Positions 22,992 to 35,452 of a stretch of 64,000 bases of DNA are shown piece by piece. The stretch's first letter is position 1. Every line of letters begins with the position of its first letter. The stretch is from Halocafeteria seosinensis (taxonomy: Eukaryota): assembly GCA_001687465.1 (NCBI GenBank), contig LVLI01000218.1:1-64000 (forward strand), read 5' to 3'. The translations under genes and the position numbers were made by a program. The notes beneath the pieces are model-generated. The model was not told where the DNA came from and made no database searches. It worked only from the letters and a program-made list of their open reading frames with translations.

Positions 22992-24418
22992 CCGGCGGAG
23001 GGTCGTCCGTCTCTCTCTAAGTGTGTATGTAAAATCTGTACTCAAGTGGGGGCTCCTGTAAGAACGCTTCACTACTGAACTCTACGTCACCTTCGCGGTG
23101 GTGTCAACATACATTTAGCATTCAGATGTCATGATATGATATGATCGCGTATGTAATTCACACACATGTATGCGACAGAATTCTAGGTACTATTTCACTT
23201 GGAATACTTGATCGACGTCTATCGGAAAAAACTTTCGGTAGGCTCGCAGCTCGTAAGAGATAAACAGCGAAGGACGAGAGCTCTCATGAAGAATCTCATA
23301 CTCACAAAGAGTCCGAGTGTTGGTGAACGCAGGGATAGGCAACGCAGGAGGGCCCAGAGGAGATCTTCGATGGCGTGAAGATCCCCCAACTACCTTTCCA
23401 CTTAGCCGGTAGGCCATAAATAATACGTACTACTACTCATGATTGAATAGCATGCAATACCACTTCCGAGATTTTGAATTGACGAAACTTCCGCTGGACT
23501 TCTGGAAGGTGTCAGAAGGAATCGATTTCGACCATCGACAATATGATGACCCACAAGGAACAGATACGGGCATTCCTTCTAACCAAATGACATCCGCACG
23601 TCCTTAACAGCGAGATCACTGTCCCGGAGAGTGAGAGGTACAGTGAAGCTATGATTTGGACCCCGCAAGTAATCAGACCTCCTGAGATTTTGGAAGAATA
23701 CGATGACCGTTGCATACTGTAATCACTCCGTTATCCAATCTCCTGAACTCCCCTCGTGTACCCTTCACAAAGAATGCACCCGCGTATAAATTCCAAATTC
23801 CAGGAATTCGTGCATCGCGTTAGATAGTTGCGGTCGTCAAGCAATCCAGAGGCAACTTATGTTGCACGGAAACGCATTTATGACCGGGGTTTTTCTCTTT
23901 GGATTCCCGTCCGGGGGAGTTGGTTCATCCATGTTAAAATGTTCACAACCGTTGTGGTTGGCGGTTGTACAACAGCTCTCAGAGGGAGATAAGTTCCTTC
24001 CGGGGCTCCAGTAAGTCGCCGGGAACACAAGGCTCTATAACTCCACCAGCTAAAATAAATTGAAACAAGATGGGGAAAAAACAAGTCATTTCTGCGTAGC
24101 ACCATTCAGGTACAGTAGTTGTATTGGTGCTATCACTTACGAACTAGTAATCAGATTCTCAATTCGGGTTTTCGGTTTCGGGTCTTGCTCCGGTCCGGAC
24201 TCCGGACCTGACGGAACCTCTTGCCTTGTTTCAAAAAACACAGCAAGAGACTCCTGCAGGTCCCAGTCCGAGGTCAACCCCATGCCATGCCGAGAGGGGA
24301 GACGACCAACAGCACTCCCCATGCAAGGTTTCAATTCTCAAGAGTTGTTTGTTTAGTTCTACCTACTACTACGAGTACTAGGCTTGTATTTATTAAAGTG
24401 TGTTAAACATTGTACATC

Positions 24419-27400
24419 ATGGAGGGCAGTGGCGGGATACCACTCAAAGCCCAGTATGCGCTGGAAAAAAGTCATTCGACTTTTACCTCCAAAGCAGAAT
24501 CCAGGAGCGCTTCTAGCGATGGGCACGATATGCAGCAAGTTTCCGCCTCCAACAACTTGGGAAATAACGCAGGTGGGATGAAGCAGCCGAGTGGTGCTGC
24601 CTGTAATGATAGTCGCTCAAAACAGAAGGAAGAGGATACAAAGGTAAGTAAACCCGGGGGGCAACCCACCCAGAACAAGGGCCTGCCGGTGGGTATCCTA
24701 ATGTGTGCTTTCTTCTTCTTGTACCCCTCAATACTTCAGATGCAAAAAGGCGAAGAAGCGGAAGGGAGGTTGAATGGACAGAAGCCCGTGCCGTCGGAGG
24801 GAATAACGAACGCTGGTGGCGGAGGACACTTAGTAAAGAATGACGACGACGATGGAGACTACAAATCTGAAACAGGGACGTCTGCCACGGATGAAGGCTC
24901 CACCGAGGGTCCTGAGCCAACATCGCAACCCAGAAACAACGAAGGCGAAGGTCAGGTAAGAAAGTATTGGGAGTGGAATTTACAAGTTTTATACTTTAAT
25001 CGGTTTTTTGGTTGTTCATTGCTTACACAGAATCAGCTCGCTGGAGGAAAAAGACCCAATTCTTCCAGCCAAGCTTCAAAACCAGCGGCGAAGAAGCAGC
25101 GAGCGAGCGACTCGTCAACAGACAGGAAGGAGCTACAATCTAAAGTGGTTGCCTACGTTGAAAAGAAAATGCAGAATGATTTTGATTCCTATTTTGAGGA
25201 ACTAGGCATCGGAGGAAAGACTCTCCGAGCGATAAACAACGTCGACAACAAGTTCAATAAAGCTCACGAAAAGCTTCGGAATTTACGTTACCGGAAACTG
25301 GAGAAGCTAGTAAGTAATTCACACTCATAACAGTCGCTCAAGTAAGTGTCAAGTGCAACGACCTTGTGCTCTTGCAGCGGAAACAACGTGAACGTTCCTA
25401 CCCTACTGATGATTCTCTGGTGCCATTTGAACCTATACCACCCGGGGGAGTTGGAGAATCGACTCCGTGGTATCCCGTGGGTTTGAATCCCGGGAAGCTG
25501 CTGCTATTCCTTAGCGGTCCGACCAGCAAACTTCCGCCGGATCTCAATGGTGACATTTTGTCAGTATGGAGTTTCACAAAAGCGTTATCACTACGAAAAT
25601 TTATTGGTATGTTGCTTAGCGTTCCTACTCGTGTTTGCCACCGAAAATACTGTTATGGTTTTTGCAGATGTAGGCTCTCAGGCATGCGGTGAGCACATGT
25701 TACATACTTTCAAGATCCTCAACGCCGAAATGGGCGAAACCAAGGACCAAACCTCCAAAAGACGGAAAGAATCGAATCAGGGGGAATCGGAAGATACTAA
25801 TACCAAATCGCTCCAGGAGATCAGGGAAAGCCTGTCGAGTGTAAACGATCAAGCCGTAGTCCCGGCTGCATGTGTTTCTGGAACTGCTGCGCCGGCTTTA
25901 TCCACGTCGTTGCCACACGAGTTACCCCACGAGTTGAAGCGGGTCCCCGCTTTGCTCTCGGAAATGTCTGTTAATCCCTCCCAGATGTCTCCTGAAGACC
26001 TTAGTGTGTTTCTCGTGGATTCGTCTTGGAGAGCATATCGCCTTCTATCGAGAATCAACGTGTCGTTGCTCCGAGTGCTACTAGAAGACGAGAAACCCGG
26101 TCGTGGAGACGGTAATGCCGACGATAATGACTCAGATATGGATGAGGATAATGCGGATGAAGTGTTATTTGACTCTGGAAAGGATACCCACCTGGCTCCG
26201 ACAACCGCTCTTCTGTCTCCGCTGACCTGGCCGGAAGTGTTACGTTTGACGCTCCAACATGCCTCTGTCTCAGAACTAATACATGATGTCGCAACAGACG
26301 GCGACCTGGAAGTTCTGAAAAAACTTAAATCGAATGACTATCACCGCTTTTCGTGGATCGAAAAGCTGTCTGTGCTGCGCTTGTTGATGGATGCTGTGTG
26401 CTGCACTCAAAACTTCAACGAGTTTATGATGCTTCAAGCCCAAGAGCATGTATGTACGACAGTTGTGTGTGGAGTATTTTTGCCGAATCTACCCGATAGG
26501 TTGCGATTACAGGAACGATATAGACAAGCAAAGGTTAAAGAACTGAAGAAGGAAACTGCGAAGAACCACGAAGAACGGAAAAAATTAGCACAGAAATGGA
26601 AAAAGCAACGCTCGGAACGGGCCCAGTGGAGAAAGACACTCGAGGTACGTATAGTTCCAACGAGTAGAGTTGGGTTGTCTCCTGAAAACCACTGGAGTTT
26701 CTCCCTTAAGCGCCCTATGTGGGTCGATTTGCGCACATGTTTTTCACGACGATGTCGTTCCCTTCTTTGTTTCCGCTTACAGTCGCTTCAAAAGGCCAAC
26801 AAGAGTCGAAAGTCAAATAGCGACAAGGAGGGAAATGAAGAATCGTCTTCCGAGCCTACTTTAAGTGCCCGCCAGAAAGCAGTGCTTGAAAGCAAACGCG
26901 AGGAAATGGAAAAGATGCTTCAGGAAGCGATAAAAGCAGAAGACATCTCCATGCTACGCGTATGTTGTGTTTGCTGAGGATATGTAAGGCGTGACAGACT
27001 ATTGATGAACCATGGTGGGAATGCTGCAGGATGCAATTAAGCAGGCCAAGGAGAGCGGTTGTGGTTTTGAGTCGCGCCGAGGAGAGTGCACAGCACAAGA
27101 CGCTTCCCTTCTCCAAGCGATGATAGGTAAGATTACCTTCTTCATTGTCCTATGACTGACATTGCGTGTATTTCATTTGTCGGTTTCGTGTATCTTACTG
27201 AGCCGCTGGCAGCTTGCTCTCGCTTGGAAGAAGAGCAGTCTCGTCAAGAGCAGAAGGAGTTAGAGGACTCGAGAAAGCTAAACGTCTCGAAGAAATACGA
27301 ACTGAAAGTACAGAACAACCTAATTAATGCTCAGCATCTTGGCAAAGACAGGAATGGTAGCAGCTACTGGCTGTATCCCGGTGATCCTCGAAGAATTTGG

Positions 27401-28981
27401 ATTCAGTCCCCTTCGCGAGAATTCGATCCCGCCATAGAGTCAGCGGAGGAATTATCTGAGCGGATGGCTGATCAAATCCGCAAAGGTGATCTGGGAAGCC
27501 CGAGTCGGTCTGCGAAAGAAGAAGATGAGACGCAAAGATGTCGCGCCCTTGAAGAAGATGCGGAGAAGCGGAGTAGGAAAGGTCGCGGAAACCGAGGCTC
27601 TTTACTTACCGAACGTGATCAGCAGTACATCAACGAGAACCTCCCGGAACTGTCTCGTCAAGCGGCGACACTCCTGGAACTCTATGATCCTTCCTACGTG
27701 TCTTACTCCTGGGCTTATATCGACAACCTGGATGAAGTGGCTAGCTTGAAAAAGAGTTTAGATCTGCGCGGGAAGGAAGAATCTAAACTACACTCCCGCT
27801 TGGATTGTCTTGGGGATTTCTTTGCTGAGTATTTCCCTCAAGTATCAGCTAAGATTGAATCTGTCCAGAAAAAGGTGCAGTCATTGAAGGCGGCTAATAT
27901 CAAAGTCCCATCGAAGCTATTGGAAATAGCAGATCTAGCCCCTCCGGAAAACGAACAGCAGGCGAGTGAACTGGCGTCGGACACAGGTAACAAAGTTGGT
28001 GGACGCAGAAAGGCAGCGGAAAATGCACGGAAGAGACTTAGCGAAACTAGAGGAACTAGCGATGGTGAACATGCTAGTGCCAACGATACGGAGGAAAGTA
28101 TCTATGACGAGCTAGAGGCTCACGACGTACTACTCCAGCATCTCAAGGGCTCGTTCTTAGGTCTATTGACCTCTCTTTCGTTTGATACCACAGTTTGTCA
28201 GCAAATGGATTGGCTTCGCGATTTCGATAAGGAACTATTGAACGATCCAAATGCACTGGAGAGAACAAGCCGTTCTCGGAAGTCGGAGGGAGGATGTATG
28301 AAATGGGCCAAAGCTGTAGCTGCTGCAAGTGACCTCAGCAAGCTGGTTTCATACTTGCTGGACCTTGAAGATGTCCTGTATGAGCCCCAGCAAGCGTCTC
28401 GTCGTAAGCAGCAAGCCCAAGAAGAAAATTCCGTCGCGTCTAAACCTGACAATGGTGGCAATGATGATGGCGAAAACGGCGACGGGGAACAAAATGAAGC
28501 TACTGCAGATCCGATGCCTGATGGATGGAGCGATGGGGCGTCGGATGATTTAAGCGACGAGGATAGCGACGACAGTGAAGAAGAGGATGACCAGCAGGGG
28601 GACCAAAAGGAGACCAGTCAGAAAGACAGCAAGGATGCAAAAGAGCAAGAAGAGTCCGGAGATTTTGTGCTTTGGCGCTATCGCTCCCAGCGAAGACGGT
28701 GGAGGCAAGGTGTGAGGAAGGCTCAAACCGTGGCAGCATTAGCCACGAGCGTTTTAGAGCTCCATGAACGAGCGAGTTCGGCGAAAATTGCAGAAAACGC
28801 CGTTACTGTTGCCGTGAGGACCGGAAGACCGTGGATGCAGTCACAAGATGAGGACCAGGAAGAACTTAATAGAGGAGACGAGAATGAGATCGAAGAAACG
28901 GAATCTGAGCTCGATGATGAAGACGATGAGGGGGAAGATGATGATGATGAAGATAATGAATCGTGGGATGAAAGCGATTAA
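24419..28981 (+). CDS. DDT-WHIM1-WSD domain protein (ISWI-associated, BAZ1/Itc1/RLT-like), multi-exon
   Basis: DDT-like GDILSVWSF; LTWPEVLR; WHIM1 NDYHRFSWIEKLSVLRLLMDAV; WHIM2 HLGKDRNGSSYWLY; WHIM3 WAYIDNLDEVASLKKSLDLRGKEESKLHSRL. About eight GT-AG introns link the ORF pieces. Confidence 0.85.
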
Positions 28982-29012
28982 CTTAGCTGCCCGAAGTGTA
29001 TTATCTTTGCAC

Positions 29013-30603
29013 TCAACTCTTCTTTTTCTTTTTGGGTTGAATTTCGTCGCCATGTGTGGTGTACTTGTCTCTCTGAACAGCGGGATCATACTGTACAAAC
29101 GCATTATATATTATAGACCATAGTATATCGTTGTCGTAAATTGTAGGAAGCCTGATGAACTTACTATTTCCCATCTACTAGCAGGGAAAATATGTTTGTT
29201 GCTCTCATACCATCTTCTTTGTACAATTTTCCCAGGATGACTCTGTAAAGAGTAGAAGGTCCATTGCGAACAGGTACAACCTATACACAAAAAGAGCGCT
29301 TACCTCATCCTTTTCCAAGCGATAGTCTTGCCGCATTCTGATATCTTCCTTGACGTCGAAGCGAAATAAAGGACCACTCTTTCCCCGGGCCTTGGTTTGG
29401 ATAAGATCGTAAAAGGTGTAATGCTGCACCGAGTGTGTACACATCCGTATCGATACTTTTTGAAACTGCCGACGTTTACCCTATACACTTACGTGGGGTA
29501 TAATAATATCCTCCTTAACGTACATCAAGCTCTCGTTGGTCGTTTGCTTCAGTTCCGGAAATTCTTTGGACAATTGCTGTCGCACTTTTTCCAAGAACTG
29601 CAACACAATGAGTGAGAGAATGTTCCTCAGAGGCTCATTGCAAGACCACCAAAAATAATACATACTTTCCCAATTGAAGTACCTTTCGGAACTTCAATTG
29701 ACCGCCTATGGCCTGAGCCGTCGTAGTAACTATATGTGATCTCAATTTTTTCGTTCTTTATCCTCTCCTGTTCTTGAAGCCATTCCTGTTTTAGCTTTTC
29801 CCTCAGACGCGCTTCCTCTTCTTCTCTTTCTCGATCCGGTAAGAAGTCAGTCCGAACGTTCGGATCCTTCCCGAGCTTTTTCTGGCGCTTAGTACCGTTC
29901 TGCTCCTCTGTCTGTGTTCCACCCGAGCCACCTGTACTCACTCGTTCACTGTCTCCTGAGGCAGTACTGCTGGTTCCATTTTCTTGTTTCACAAGGGCAT
30001 CAGAAGATGTGGTCGCTTTTTGTGCAGCTACACTTTCGGCCACTTCATCTTCCTCAGCCAGCTCGTCCACATTGAATGACAATTTTGTCGCCTTGGGACG
30101 CTTCTTCCCTTTCTTCTTTTGTTTGTCCTTATTCTTTCTGAAGAGAATAGGGACATCCTTGGCAGATAAACGCATCCGCAGTCACAAGAGAGAGGAAATT
30201 ATTATCTTACTTGTCATCAATGTCTTTCTGGAGTTTCTCAGCGTCTAGTCGTGCCTGTCGGAACTCGTCGGCCGAGACGAGGCCTACTGTCTTGGCCTGC
30301 AGAATCCTCGCCCAACACAGGGACACTGTTGAACACCTCCATCATTTGTCGCCCAGAAACACCACCTCTTACCTTAAATGCTTGCTCAGCTTTATTCGTA
30401 TGTGTGGTGAATTTATTCGTCAAGTCATCTGCGCTCACTCGTTTCGAGTTGTCCATGATTTCCTTCCGTTTGGACTCATACTCCTTCTGCTGCTTTTCCC
30501 GGGTCCTGGACAACCTGTTGGCGAAATCACCGGCGGCATTGCCCTCTTGTGTATATATCCCAGCTTCTCCCCGGACCACATTGCTGGTTGAACTACCACT
30601 CAT
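29013..30603 (-). CDS. FAM50: XAP5/FAM50 family nuclear protein, multi-exon
   Basis: Motifs [85 protein letters not shown]. The last exon [14 protein letters not shown]...KS ends at TGA 29013. Confidence 0.95.
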
Positions 30604-30938
30604 TGTATAACAGCTGTGCGTGTGTAGTACAACAACTATTGCTATAGGATGGTGTTCCTATACTGCTGACATGCCCATATACAAACCGCACATGTGGCAT
30701 GGTGGTGTGTGTATACGACATTGCAAGCATAAAATCACATGCAATATAAAGTAGACGAAATGTTTGTCGTTTTGTCGAATTCAAATCCCATGGCTTCAAT
30801 GGCTTGATCCATTACACACAGCGAAATGCATTAGCATTGTTGGTAGGGCACTGTATAGTTATATGTCACCTATGGGTAGTCCTTCCGTCGTTCGCTTATC
30901 TTCCTTCTCCTGCCGGTGTAAACAGTGAGAGAGGAAAA

Positions 30939-33900
30939 ATGAGCGATTCCAGAGAGCAGCATGGGACAGGTGGCTATGCAGACTCTGTATGGCAGTCCAT
31001 ATGTGATGAGGAAGATGAGATGAGGAGGACAGTTCAGTCGAGGGCCCATTCTGTTGCCGAAATGGCGGCTCTTGCGAATGAGAAAAAGGATAAAAAGAAA
31101 AAGAAGAAGAAGTCATCTCAATTGCAACACATGAATCAGCAGCAACATGGCTACCATTCCACTCCTCAAACAGCGCTTCAGAAAGAACTCTTAGGGAGCC
31201 AAGAACCACGGCGCAAGGGGGTGGAAGCATCCGCAATGGACTGGCAACAGTACTATCGAATATCACAGACGAAAACCAAAGGGAGCTCCAAAGAAGACGC
31301 AGTGGCTGCTGCCCGGAAAGCTGTGCAACAAGGGATAATCGGTTCGGTAGTGACCAACGAAAGCTTCGGTGATGAGACCACCGCTGGAGAGGGGAGTGGT
31401 AACAATGAAGGCACGAATGCGGCGCTGGAGGAGCTTGGTAGGAGGAAGGGGTACTTATTGCAAAACGTCGAGACTCTGGACGAGATGCTCAGTGTGCTAC
31501 AGCGGTTAGTTCCCTCATTGGCTTCTGAGGCGCCATCACGCAGGAAGCAAGCTTTGGAGACATTGAATCGTATCCTTTTCAACGAAGACGGAATTTCCAT
31601 AGCAGGGCAAGAAGATGATCCCTCGGTACAGGCTCTTCGAGATGCTGTCTGCACAAACAACGAGGACAACAGTCTAATGGCACGCTCGACGAAGGGCAAT
31701 CAGCCACGGGGTATTATAGGAGCTGTACCGGATAGTGACGACGAAGATGATGAAGAACAAGCAATGCAAAACTGGTACAGCTCCAGTACAACAACGGAAG
31801 GAGGCGCACAAGCGCAGCGTGTGACGAAAGCCACATTGGGTGTTATCCTTTTGAGAATTTTGATCAAACCACTATCGAAATTGTTGGATGACGAAGCTGA
31901 AAAGTGTCGGGAGCTGGCGTTATCGATGCTTATTCGTTTGTTCCCTCTCGCACGGGTTGCCGACGTTGATCCGAACACCAGCGGTCTTTCCGGTCTTCCT
32001 CGACTTCCGCCCCACTGTGGCGCGGTTACTGGATGCATTTTACCGTTACTTATCTCAGCCTTGATGGAAAGGGTTCCTCAGAACTGGGCATACGATATGG
32101 AACAAAACGAGTTTATAAGTAATGTAGAGAAGCACGAGGAGCATAGGCGTGGAAGAGTGGTTGCGGAGGATCCAAGTGATGTGTACAAAGTCGTGGAACC
32201 TGCGGAAGAAGTACGGCTACTGATGTGCAGACTTTGTAATGTTGTTCTGAAACACTGTAAGTCTTTGGGAGCGATTCGCTACCTTGATCCGCATCTGCAT
32301 GATGTCATTCTAGCTAGCCACTGTTTTGCCATAGACCCCTTTCCTCTACTGCGCATCGAAGGCTGTCAACTTGTAAGAGAACTCGCGCTTATGGTTCCAT
32401 ATGCCATAAAACATTTCTGTATTGGGTTCATTAAGAGCCTTGCGCATCACGGATGTCTTACTCATCGTCACGCTAAAGTAAGGCTAGCTTGCCTGGAGGC
32501 CATCCGAGTACTAGTTCGAGTTCCCAATCCTGCGAAGGCTCGATCTGCAGGTGCTGAAGGTATACAAGAGCTTGTGGGGTACGTTCTGTGGCAATTAGCT
32601 ATCATACTCACCAACGTGATGGTATACACCAACTGTTACCATTTGGACTATCCAGATATAGGGAAGAGAATGTAATCCCGATCGCCGCATTTTATGGCCA
32701 AGACACTCGAAAGAACTATTTTGGTACACTGTGTGTGGACCAGAACAATATCGTGAGACAGAAGTTCTTTTCCGTAATAGCTGATTGGAGTTTGAAGCTT
32801 CCAGAAACGGACCTGTATGAACAGGAAGTAAGCTGTGTACCACTGATCTGTTGCTTGTACTTTAAACATTCCCCAAAAACCTTGCAGGCACGGTTGGAGC
32901 CCTACGTTCTCTCCGCTCTTGCAGACAGTTTTGAGGAAATAACTAGAGAAGCGGTGGAACTCATCGATGAATTAGGACGCCGATACGAAGAACAGCACCG
33001 TAATGATGTAAGTGCACATGTTCTCTAGACTTATCCATTTCGATTGCAGCTTAAGGTTTTTGCTGCAGTTGATTGACAAATTGCAATATGGTGTAGATGG
33101 AGACCCGGAAGTTGATTATTCACGACCGCTACCTCCTCCGTTTACATCGTGGGGGAGACCACGCTTGGGATCGCGACTCCATGTGCGGAAGAATGTTAGG
33201 AGATTTCTAAACCCTGTATTGAAGGAATTGTCCGAGCAAGGATTCGGGAGAAATTCTATAGAAACTGAGAGGATTAAATCTTCTTCCGCTAGACTGCTTA
33301 CGAACATTATCATTTTCATGGAAGAAAACGTTACCGAAGACATGCAAAAACTTCTTCCAGCCCTTGGTGGAATGCTAGCAGAGTGCGGCTCGAAATGGGT
33401 GGAAGACTCGGCAAGCGGAATTAATGTGGATGAAGACACGGAACATACCTCAGGTTTTCAGGAGGTGGCGTTACAAGGAATACGGGCTGCACGGCTGACA
33501 GGCCGTTTCGTTCCACCATCAAGTTATGTGGACGTACTGATACCCCATTTAAGCACAGAGACTGTTGAGGTCCCTCTCTGGCGTGATGCAACAGATGCAG
33601 AAAGTGTTGGTCGGGCTTCAAGGCTGCTGGCTTTGTTGATCTCAGAGGCACCTGCTCCAAGAGCCCTCGGCTATATGAAGACGATGACCGATGTGTTGAC
33701 CCTGGACCATCTCGTTGAACTCATACTGTCAACTAAAAGTAGTGGGTGTTACGGTCTTGATGACGTCGACCGTAGCAACTCCCTCGATAAAGGTCTAGCG
33801 ACGTTCGATAGACAATCGGTGGATGCCGGCCTTGCGATTCCCGATAGTCACGTTCGTGCGCATATCGTGTCTCTAGTGATGGCTTTGTCCAAGAGTATAG

Positions 33901-35267
33901 CTGGGAGAGTAGGATCTATTCCTGGTGCCGTTTATGAAGCCCAGGGGAGAATTGCCGATTCCGGGTCTATCCTTTGCAAGATTGTGTACGTGTTGCTTCT
34001 TATCATTGATGTAGAACAATCCGTTCACAGCGGTGACCAAGTTGCACCGTCGGTTTCTAGGTTCCCATCACCAGTCGCTCGAAGGGCAGCACGAGGTCTG
34101 CTTTTGTTTGCTAGGGTGGATACTCTCGATAAAAGTGATTGGGACAGTGTGTTGGGACTGCTTCACGATGGTTTCGAGTTACAGCATGATGGCAGAGAGA
34201 TTGTATCCGTTAAGTGTGAGCAACTTCTTCAGATTGTAAGCTCTAGACTACATAGTCAATTCAAGTTCAAGGTTGGGGAGGCTGCACTGCGAGTGTTGCG
34301 GCAAACATGCACTATGGCAAATGAACAAAGTTGGATCAAAGAGTGGAAACACGTGCTTAAATGCCTGGGCAAGTTGCTTGAGGACTTGGGATCGTCTTTC
34401 TCTGAGGCAAAAAATGAGCAGCAAAATATTTTCCTTGAGTCGCTGTTCCGTTTTCTCCGCGACTTCGTTGCAAGTCTTTGCAGAAACCTCACGCATGATA
34501 GTCACGGGACTATCAACATTGATGCAGCAGAAACGATATTTGGGCAACTTCTAAATGTTTCCAAGTCAAGCGGAAACCACGTCGCTTTCTCGTCGTCTTC
34601 TCTCTTTTCTATGTGGTGTGAATGTGTTGGGCTCTTGTGTGACAGATGTTACCAAGTTTTCGAAGGTGACAATCTAGCTACAGTTCTACGTCGCATATCA
34701 TCTGTTGTTAACATTGTGGCCAATGAAGAATGTAGTAGTCTGCTTCAGGAGACCGAGTTGGCACGTCGTTGCGCCGTGACTCTGCTTGGTCAGGCGACTT
34801 TGAACATTGCGAAGTCAATATCCTCAAGCGAAGTTGAAACCGGGGATGAAGAATGCCTACGCGGTTCGTGCGAGTGTGGGATCAAGTCTCTCTGTCGACA
34901 CTGCGATGACAGCAGGACAAGTGTACAATATATAGCTTTACAATCCCTCACGGAGATCTCTTCTACCCTTTTTGTCAATAGCTCCTGTGGTGAATCCGAT
35001 TTCTTGAACTCGCTCCAGCGGTTACTTTTGGAGCACTGTTTGCAAGGACTGTGTAATCAGGGACGTTTTCGAGATGTTGAAAGTGCGCCGAAAGAGGAGC
35101 TTCATTCTATGCTCTACAGTATCGCTCAAAGCTGTTGTTCACAATCTGTGGAGAGGGCTCTGACTATAATTCAGAAGGTTGCCGATAATAGATACGAGGA
35201 TATTCAGCAGTTACAGTCACACTGTGAACTGCTAAAATCGCTAGCAACAAAAGATGAAGGAGCATAG
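30939..35267 (+). CDS. DNAAF5: HEAT-repeat protein, dynein axonemal assembly factor 5 (HEATR2)-like, 4 exons
   Basis: Motifs LLDDEAEKCRELAL, VEPAEEVRLLM, DPFP..R..C, LTHRHAKVRLACL and LPPPF...RPRLGSR match DNAAF5-like proteins. Introns at about 32580-32655, 32828-32887 and 33008-33068. Confidence 0.75.
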
Positions 35268-35452
35268 AGTACGTGAAACAGAGCGATTATCAGCTAGTCC
35301 TTGTCTTATTACGGTTTCGTATAGACTTTAAACTACGCTTTTCGCTGGAACCACAGAACCAACACCATCCGGCTATCATTCCGAAATACACACTTTGCAA
35401 AGATTCCTCACATGAGAGATTCTACTCCGGCTGACAAGAAGAGGTCATACAC

